Part shown: positions 57,869-64,000 of the stretch, piece after piece
Layout: each line of letters starts with the position of its first letter
How positions within the stretch are numbered: position 1 is the stretch's first letter
Origin: Bacteroidales bacterium
GTDB lineage: Bacteria; Bacteroidota; Bacteroidia; Bacteroidales; UBA7960
NCBI GenBank assembly: GCA_041686485.1
Contig: JAWLDT010000006.1
Coordinates: 1,669-65,668 of the forward strand
Reading direction: 5' to 3'
DNA length: 64,000 bases
Made by a program: the position numbers and the translations under genes
The notes under the pieces: model-generated
What the model saw: only the letters and a program-made list of their open reading frames with translations
Told to the model about the DNA's origin: nothing
The model's database searches: none

Positions 57869-59236
57869 TTATTCTTCAATGATATCATTCAGGTTTCTGA
57901 TCATGAGCTGGGGATCGAAGTGTACGGAGGCGATGGCCGTTATGGTTACATTTCCTTCCGGTACCTGGTTATCGGCAAAGCTTGCCCAGCTGTGTGTATA
58001 CATGGCGATGCTTCCGCTGTTGTCGGTAACGGTCAGCTCACCTTCAAAGGTTGATCCTCCGGCAATGGTGGCATTCTCGATGGTTACCAGGGTTGACTGA
58101 TAGGTGTCGATATTGTCAATCACCTCCTGTACCGTTACCTGGTTAGGGTCAGGCAGCTCCTCCATGCCGAGGGAATGGGCATTGCCTATGGGCACATCTT
58201 CAATCTGTAACAGCCCCCGGTATTCGCTCACCTCCATATTGGAAACAATCACCCGCAGCGACGTTCCCATCGGGAAATCATGGAATACATCATCCTGGAA
58301 ACGGATCACCATCCCTTCGCCACTTTCATCCATCATGAAAAGATTTTGTCCCGGGTGGTTGCTGTTCTCCTCATCGGAAATCACGACACCTTCAATACGT
58401 GTGTCCGGCGGAATGCCGGGATCGCCATCATGGTAGTTGTCCCGGAGTTCGGCAAAGGTGATGAGGTCATAATCATCGCCCGGCACGGGACAACGTTCCC
58501 CGTCGAGCGACATTTCATCTATATCCCTGATATAAAGCTGTATATCATTTTGATGCTGGGAAATAACGGCAATGAGGGTGCCATTGCCTTCCGGTACGGG
58601 GTCATCGGCAAAGCTGGCATAGCCACTGGTGCGCACGATGATCCTGTTACCGTCGCAATCTTCCAGGGTCCGGTTAAGCGCGAGCAGGTTGTCTGAATCA
58701 GCGAAAGGTTTACCAACATCGTCGTTGATAAACTGCACTTCTTCAAGTCTTACCAGCTGTGCCTGGTGTTCAGAACCAATATCTGAGATGTTCATGGTTG
58801 CAGGTTCATGTGCAACATTCGTAGCTTGTTTAATGATGTTCTTGTCCACATTCACATTGTCAAGCTGCAGCATTTGCTGGTAGGAGCTCAGGGTTGTTCC
58901 TTTCAGGTTGATCCGGACTGAATCACCCTGATATACGCCACCTGGAGCCTGCAGACGCAGATTGATGGCGGCGGTTTCGTCTTCGGCAAAGGCACTGCGA
59001 TAAATGTTGCCCGACTTGTCATCCATCGTGATATTTGCATATACCGAATAATCGTCGTCAAACTCAATCGCTTCTCCCTCGTGCATTTCTCTGAGTTCCT
59101 GTATGGTCATTACTGTGCCCTCCGGGATTTCAGTAAGCGGGGGGTCATCAAAGTCGTCATGCTTACATCCCTGAAACCACAACAGGCCCGCAAACAAGGG
59201 CATCAGAAGAACTATATGTTTTAACCGGTTGATCAT
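57869..59236 (-). CDS. Surface lipoprotein with two tandem DUF5689-type (OB-like) modules
   Basis: 455 aa with a lipobox (…LWFQGC). There is an internal duplication: both halves contain …ELR…, then a GN(I/L)…D(E/S)…(I/V)…(R/F) core, then …PEGN(G/V)T(L/I)…QL.IR.…. Confidence 0.6.
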   Translation of the reverse strand: MINRLKHIVLLMPLFAGLLWFQGCKHDDFDDPPLTEIPEGTVMTIQELREMHEGEAIEFDDDYSVYANITMDDKSGNIYRSAFAEDETAAINLRLQAPGGVYQGDSVRINLKGTTLSSYQQMLQLDNVNVDKNIIKQATNVAHEPATMNISDIGSEHQAQLVRLEEVQFINDDVGKPFADSDNLLALNRTLEDCDGNRIIVRTSGYASFADDPVPEGNGTLIAVISQHQNDIQLYIRDIDEMSLDGERCPVPGDDYDLITFAELRDNYHDGDPGIPPDTRIEGVVISDEENSNHPGQNLFMMDESGEGMVIRFQDDVFHDFPMGTSLRVIVSNMEVSEYRGLLQIEDVPIGNAHSLGMEELPDPNQVTVQEVIDNIDTYQSTLVTIENATIAGGSTFEGELTVTDNSGSIAMYTHSWASFADNQVPEGNVTITAIASVHFDPQLMIRNLNDIIEE

Positions 59237-59269
59237 AGGACTGGATCTTTAAATGGATTACAAAAGGTA

Positions 59270-61858
59270 TTAAAATCTGAATACAATGTTCGCAAAGTAT
59301 GTTCTGCCATAGAGGTAGAAATACTTGGAATCAAACTGGTCGGGATTGTGCGAGTCGTACCGCAGCTGTTCAAAGCCGCCGATACGAAAGTCGGTAACAT
59401 CCGTAATGTTGCTCACGCTGATGTTAAACTGAAGGTAGTAGGGACGTTTAATACGCCACGAAAAGCCGACGTAGGCATCATAGGTGATGTTGTCGTCCAG
59501 TTTTTCCTGGCTCAACAGCTGATCCCATTGCGGGTCGGTCTCAACCAGGTCTTCCACGGCTTCTGCCGTTCTTCTGTCGGGGCTGATATCGATATAGATA
59601 TCATCGAAATAGTTGGCACTTACGCCTGCAAACCAGTGGTTGGGACTATCATAGCGCAGACCGACAGACCCTGCGGTATGGGTCATTCCGCCGATCTTGT
59701 AGTTTTCGAGGTAGACGGTCCTGCCATCGGCCATAATCTCAAAATCGTTGTCGCGGGCAATGGTAACCTCCGGCCGCGAATTATAGATATAATCGCCGGT
59801 GCCGGCAGCTATTTGTGCGGAGAGGGTAGAACTGATCGACAGGTCGATACCCAGCTCGGCGCCTGTATGTCGTGTATCCTGGCCTGTCATGATGTAGTTG
59901 ACAAAGGTTCGCAGCTCATCATGATAGAAGCTGCGGGACCAGGTTTGGTCGAGAAATTCGGTATAGAAGACAGTTAAGCGGGATTTGATAACGGGTGTAC
60001 GTACGATGTAGCTAAAGTCGCCGGATAGGATGGTCTCGCTCTGCAGGTCTTCGATCACATGATCCCGCACGCGGGAGGAGATATAGGAATCCCGGAAATA
60101 GGGGGCGCGGGTTTTATAAGCGGCATTTGCATCAAGGTAATGGCGACCGGTGATCTTAAAGGTAGCACCTCCTTTGACACCAAAGTTGGTGAACCGTTCT
60201 TTGTCGCTGTCTCCATATGAGTTATCCGGGAAACGGGCGTTTTTCATGTGTCCTGTACGCCAGAAAGAGGTGTGGGACAGCATCCCGCTGACATGGAAGT
60301 CCCAGCGGGGCAATATCCATTCGCTCTGGGCAAAGATGGAATATTCATTGATGTTGCCGGTAAAGTCATAGCCGAAAACATCCCCTTCTTCAACGATGCG
60401 GTTGGGGTTGTTCAGGTCGGGTTGTGCCATCTGCGGGTCAGCAAAATCCCTTTCCGCGAACTGGTCGATATCATAGAACCAATCGCCTCCGAGCAGGTCA
60501 TCTACGGTCTTGAACTGATGTGTTTCCGAGAGGGCTACATTAATGCCACCCGACAGGATGTGGGTCGGATCGATGACATGTTCGATATTGGTATTAAAAA
60601 CCAGTTGCGTACGGTCGTTCCTCCTTTCTTCCACGATATACTTGGAGCGCATGCCGGTTACGTTATTGCCTTCGATGCCATCGACATCTTCGACGGTAAA
60701 CAGGTTCTGCCGGTTGGCATCATAGAACCACGCCCAGTCGAGCTGACGGAACGTTTCATCGTTGGTCCAGAGGTCTGTCAGCAGGTTGTGCATCTCCGGG
60801 TCGTTGGTGTAATAGCTTGGCAACCATCTGTAGTAGTCGGGACGTGGATCTCCGGCCTGGTTAAAATCGGGGTGTTCGTGGGAGGCATGGCTGTCATACC
60901 AGTTCAGGGCTGTCGATCCGCCCCGTCCGAAGCTGTATGCCGCCGTGGTGGAAATCTCCGTGTTCTCCTGCGGGGTATAGTAGTGTGATAGCATCACCCA
61001 TGGGTTGTGGTAATGGTTTACGCGTGAATTGCGTTTCTCCCCTTCCTGGTAGCCCCAGTTGGGATTGTAGTAGTTGGTGCCGGAGAGGTCGTAGGCTTCC
61101 TGAACGGCTACACCAGGTCTGCCTGTGCGTGATGGCGCACCAAAGGCTATGATACCAAGGCTGTGCCTGTCGTTTAGCTCTTTTTCGGCCGACAAAAAGT
61201 ATCCCCATGCGTCGTAGAAAGTACCCGGGGCATAGGCTTCGTCAGCCGAACGTCGTGAGCCGCTGATGGTAAAGGCCCAGCCGTTTTCCTGCATACCGGT
61301 GCTGTGGGTAAACATCATCCGGTGGTTATAGGTGCGGTTGGCGCTGGAATAAGTCATCCGGGTGTTCGGACCAAACTCTGAAGCGCGCGTGACAATGTTG
61401 GTAGCTCCCCCGACACCGCCAAATGTCTGCCTGGAAGCTCCCAGACCATTTACAGGTTCCGTCATGCGGGTTACGTCATTCAACCCGCCCCAGACAGAGT
61501 AAAATGCACGACCTGTCTCGGGATCATTCACCGGGATCTTATTGATCATGACCGTGGTGTTCTCAGAGTCATAACCCCGGATCTGATAACGGGCTACACC
61601 GAAATTGTACCCTGCGGTGTTTACATAAATATCCCGGGAACCCTGTAACAGGCTGGAAATATCATGCGATTCGGCATCTCCCTCCAGATCATCAATGGAG
61701 ATGCTGATAACAGGAATGTCCCGTTCATCATGTTCATCAATATCCAGGGTGTCTGCCGGGACCTCATCATCTGTTTGCGCAAAAGCATGTCCGGAGCAGA
61801 ATAGCACTACCATAAAGAGCAGGATCAGAAGAAGTTTTATTTTCATAGAAAAAAACAT
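59270..61858 (-). CDS. TonB-dependent outer-membrane receptor
   Basis: 862 aa. It has a signal peptide, an acidic N-terminal linker, a plug region (…IRGYDSENTTVMINKIPVNDPETG…), a long beta-barrel and a terminal …ANIVFRF. ATG 61846 is an alternative start. Confidence 0.85.
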   Translation of the reverse strand: MFFSMKIKLLLILLFMVVLFCSGHAFAQTDDEVPADTLDIDEHDERDIPVISISIDDLEGDAESHDISSLLQGSRDIYVNTAGYNFGVARYQIRGYDSENTTVMINKIPVNDPETGRAFYSVWGGLNDVTRMTEPVNGLGASRQTFGGVGGATNIVTRASEFGPNTRMTYSSANRTYNHRMMFTHSTGMQENGWAFTISGSRRSADEAYAPGTFYDAWGYFLSAEKELNDRHSLGIIAFGAPSRTGRPGVAVQEAYDLSGTNYYNPNWGYQEGEKRNSRVNHYHNPWVMLSHYYTPQENTEISTTAAYSFGRGGSTALNWYDSHASHEHPDFNQAGDPRPDYYRWLPSYYTNDPEMHNLLTDLWTNDETFRQLDWAWFYDANRQNLFTVEDVDGIEGNNVTGMRSKYIVEERRNDRTQLVFNTNIEHVIDPTHILSGGINVALSETHQFKTVDDLLGGDWFYDIDQFAERDFADPQMAQPDLNNPNRIVEEGDVFGYDFTGNINEYSIFAQSEWILPRWDFHVSGMLSHTSFWRTGHMKNARFPDNSYGDSDKERFTNFGVKGGATFKITGRHYLDANAAYKTRAPYFRDSYISSRVRDHVIEDLQSETILSGDFSYIVRTPVIKSRLTVFYTEFLDQTWSRSFYHDELRTFVNYIMTGQDTRHTGAELGIDLSISSTLSAQIAAGTGDYIYNSRPEVTIARDNDFEIMADGRTVYLENYKIGGMTHTAGSVGLRYDSPNHWFAGVSANYFDDIYIDISPDRRTAEAVEDLVETDPQWDQLLSQEKLDDNITYDAYVGFSWRIKRPYYLQFNISVSNITDVTDFRIGGFEQLRYDSHNPDQFDSKYFYLYGRTYFANIVFRF

Positions 61859-61924
61859 TTATGTATATCCCAAAAGGAAGTTATCAAAAAGTATGAATGT
61901 AATGCACTATTTACTTAAAATGTT

Positions 61925-61932
61925 TATTTTTG
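61925..61932 (+). promoter_or_regulatory. -7 promoter box TATTTTTG for the EEP nuclease gene
   Basis: Matches TAnnTTTG, 22 nt upstream of ATG 61955. It forms the left half of the palindromic core TTTGATATCAAA. Confidence 0.45.
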
Positions 61933-61936
61933 ATAT

Positions 61937-61944
61937 CAAATTTA
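61937..61944 (-). promoter_or_regulatory. -7 promoter box TAAATTTG (minus strand) facing the TonB-dependent receptor operon
   Basis: Reverse complement of caaattta. It forms the right half of the same palindromic core, about 78 nt upstream of ATG 61858. Confidence 0.35.
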
Positions 61945-61954
61945 CACATTTATT

Positions 61955-63040
61955 ATGTTTGAAAAGAAAAGGATTTCATTTTTATGGATGGCCATGCTAT
62001 TGCTGATTGGTCTTTTCCTGATGGCTCCGTTTCAGGCCTGCAGTCAGTCAGACAACCAGCAACGCGATTTTATCAGTGTTTGTATCGGTTTTTATAATGT
62101 TGAAAACATGTTCGATACCATCAACGATCCGGATAAGCGTGATGATGACTTTACGCCTGAGGGAAGTAACCGATGGATATCAGAGCGCTATTTGGAGAAG
62201 CTGGAAAACCTGTCCGAGGTGATTGATAAACTGGGTCAGGAGCTCACCCCTGACGGGCCGGCCGTTCTTGGATTGGCGGAAGTGGAAAACTTAACTGTGC
62301 TGGAGGACCTGGCAGCCCAGGAACGTATCAAAGACCGGAACTACCAGGCCGTATACGAAGAAGGGCCAGGATCGCGCGGCATAGATGTGGCTTTTTTCTA
62401 TAACCCCACCTATTTTGATTATGAAAGCCATAAAGCCCATCCTGCCGTTTTTGAAGAGCGGCCCGATTACAAAACCCGGGATCAGTTGTTGCTTACCGGT
62501 GAGCTGCTGGGCGAACGGATGCATTTCATTGTTTCTCACTGGCCCAGCCGCGTGGGAGGGGAGGCAGCTACGCGTCCGCTGCGTAAAGCACAAGCCGATA
62601 TTGCCCGCAACATCATTGATTCCATTCAGGAAGCTGAACCCGGAGCTAAAGTCTTCATAATGGGTGATTTTAATGACGATCCGGTTGATGCCAGTATTCA
62701 GGAACACCTGCGATCAAACGGGTCAAAAGAAGAGCTGCAGGAAGAGGAGCTTTACAATCCTTATGTATCTTATTATAAGCAGGGTATTGGGACAAATGCT
62801 TATCGCGATGCCTGGAGCCTGTTCGATCAGATACTAATGACCCCGTCGTTGATCGATGATGATTATGACGATTTTACCTACCTTCGGGCGGAAGTGTTTA
62901 ATGAACCTTTTTTGAGACAATCGACCGGACGTTTTAAGGGTTATCCATACCGAAGCTACGGCGGAGGCGTTTATCTGGGTGGTTATAGCGACCACTTTCC
63001 GGTATATGTTTTTCTGGTAAGAGAATATAAAGGTGAATAA
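61955..63040 (+). CDS. Secreted endonuclease/exonuclease/phosphatase (EEP) family protein, probable nuclease
   Basis: 361 aa with a signal peptide (…LFLMAPFQACSQ). EEP catalytic motifs are intact: FYNVENMFD (Asn/Glu), …SHWPSR…, MGDFND, and GYSDHFPV (Asp-His). Confidence 0.75.
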   Translation: MFEKKRISFLWMAMLLLIGLFLMAPFQACSQSDNQQRDFISVCIGFYNVENMFDTINDPDKRDDDFTPEGSNRWISERYLEKLENLSEVIDKLGQELTPDGPAVLGLAEVENLTVLEDLAAQERIKDRNYQAVYEEGPGSRGIDVAFFYNPTYFDYESHKAHPAVFEERPDYKTRDQLLLTGELLGERMHFIVSHWPSRVGGEAATRPLRKAQADIARNIIDSIQEAEPGAKVFIMGDFNDDPVDASIQEHLRSNGSKEELQEEELYNPYVSYYKQGIGTNAYRDAWSLFDQILMTPSLIDDDYDDFTYLRAEVFNEPFLRQSTGRFKGYPYRSYGGGVYLGGYSDHFPVYVFLVREYKGE

Positions 63041-63043
63041 ATC

Positions 63044-63292
63044 ATGGCTGCTGCAAGACCTTATAAGTCCCGTTCAAAAGGGAAGCGTAAAAAGATCAAA
63101 TACCGGAAGGTTGACTTTAAGCTTACCGATGGTCAGAAAAAGGCATTGGAAAGGTATTGCCGGGTGCATAATGTGACGCCTGTGCGCTTTATCAAAAGCC
63201 TGGTCAACAATCATGTAGCACGTTATCGCAATGAATCCGCGCCACCGTCCTATGTTACAGAAAACCAGCTGGAGCTTTTCGATAAGGAATAA
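63044..63292 (+). CDS. Small basic protein, possible ribbon-helix-helix DNA-binding fold (hypothetical)
   Basis: 82 aa, starting 3 nt after the nuclease stop. It has a Lys/Arg-rich N-terminus (RPYKSRSKGKRKKIKYRK), then VDFKLTDGQKKALERYCRVHNVTPVRFIKSLVNNHV, which reads as strand-helix-helix by eye. Confidence 0.5.
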   Translation: MAAARPYKSRSKGKRKKIKYRKVDFKLTDGQKKALERYCRVHNVTPVRFIKSLVNNHVARYRNESAPPSYVTENQLELFDKE

Positions 63293-63377
63293 CCCGTTAA
63301 ACCACCTTTTAGTATGTCCAGGCATTCGTTGCATCCTGTTGTGGGAGGGCAACACACCATCGTATGCCGGGAGCTTC

Positions 63378-64000
63378 TTACTTGCTGAAATCAACGATGG
63401 TAACACCGGCACCACCCCGGTCGGGATGTTCATCCCGGTAACGTCCGATGTGCGGGATGGATCTTAAGAAGTCGCGAATCGCCGGCCGCAATATACCGTC
63501 ACCTTTGCCGTGCAGTATCCGTATTTGCGGCACGCCGAGCAGGTACGCATCATCGATGTGGTTTTGCAGCTTTTGCAACGCCTCGTCCACATGGGTGCTT
63601 CTCAGATCGATATCCGGCTTAAAGGAGGCTGCCCTGGTGTTGATGTCGAATGACATGCCCCCCGACTTTCCTGCTTTGTTCTTTTGTTGCGTCTTCTTAA
63701 GTTTTACAAGCTCGCTGATTTTAATGCGGAGCTTCATGCTGTCGAATACCACCAGGGCCTTGTCATCCGAAAGCTCTGCCACTTCGCCCGGGGTGTTCTG
63801 GCCCTTGATTTTCACGGTGTCGCCCGGTTTGATGGGGGTCGGGTCAACCTCTTCCTGTTGAACCGGCTTTTTCTTTTTCTCTTTTTTCTTTTTGGAAGAA
63901 GGAGCCGGCGTGTCTTTCAGGGCTTGTTTCTGGTTTTCGGTGTATTGTTCCAGTTTCTGGCGAGCCTCCCTGGTTTTTTCTTTATCCGCCTGCGACTCCT
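63378..64000 (-). CDS. mutS2: Endonuclease MutS2, C-terminal part (Smr domain); continues right of the window
   Basis: The frame stays open upstream of the ORF-track GTG at 63815 (…KKKEKKKKPVQQEEVDPTPIKPGDTVKIKGQNTPGEV…). The C-terminus (DLRSTHVDEALQKLQNHIDDAYLLGVPQIRILHGKGDGILR) is the MutS2 Smr domain. Confidence 0.85.
   Translation of the reverse strand, partial: ESQADKEKTREARQKLEQYTENQKQALKDTPAPSSKKKKEKKKKPVQQEEVDPTPIKPGDTVKIKGQNTPGEVAELSDDKALVVFDSMKLRIKISELVKLKKTQQKNKAGKSGGMSFDINTRAASFKPDIDLRSTHVDEALQKLQNHIDDAYLLGVPQIRILHGKGDGILRPAIRDFLRSIPHIGRYRDEHPDRGGAGVTIVDFSK

Noticed and set aside
63378-63815. The ORF-track start (GTG at 63815) for the Smr-containing ORF, which would make it a stand-alone 145-aa Smr protein.
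   Set aside because: The frame stays open all the way to the window edge. The upstream translation (…KKKEKKKKPVQQEEVDPTPIKPGDTV…) is the typical linker of full-length MutS2, so I treat it as a partial mutS2.

Overview
This window looks like a chromosomal segment of a Bacteroidota-type genome. The evidence is a V-type ATPase operon with a DUF2764 gene, recurrent TAnnTTTG promoter boxes just upstream of start codons, a GH3-family gene, a long LysRS, and TonB-dependent receptor/lipoprotein loci. I call about 56 coding regions, two of them partial at the window edges. Most are housekeeping: the atpE-DUF2764-atpABDIK operon, gltX, lysS, rlmD, ptrB, cysQ, gpx, gyrB, tgt, lptF/G, hutU, pyrC, a cysteine desulfurase and mutS2. 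There is also a small Wzx/Wzz/O-antigen-ligase-like surface polysaccharide cluster. The one RNA gene, invisible to the ORF track, is RNase P RNA (rnpB, minus strand, about 32056-32442). I found no tRNA, rRNA, CRISPR array, transposase or integrase.

The regions worth a second look are:
1. 56.2-63.3 kb: a TonB-dependent receptor, two paralogous OB-like (DUF5689-type) lipoproteins, a divergent secreted EEP-family nuclease and a small RHH-like protein. I read this as a candidate extracellular nucleic-acid capture/uptake locus.
2. 9342-9961: a 620-bp ORF-free spacer packed with heptamer tandem arrays, a perfect 37-bp direct repeat pair, and a family of hairpins sharing a YCAAGY loop with one compensatory stem change. 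It lies between a Tat-signal DUF362 gene and a NapH/NapG-like fused polyferredoxin gene.
3. A frameshifted remnant of an RND efflux pump C-terminus next to that cassette.
4. A 37-bp x5 tandem array seeded from the 3' end of gpx.
5. Several promoter-architecture oddities.

All calls come from reading the sequence and the ORF translations by eye. No database search, HMM, folding or statistics were run, so family names are recognition-based and start codons are often provisional.
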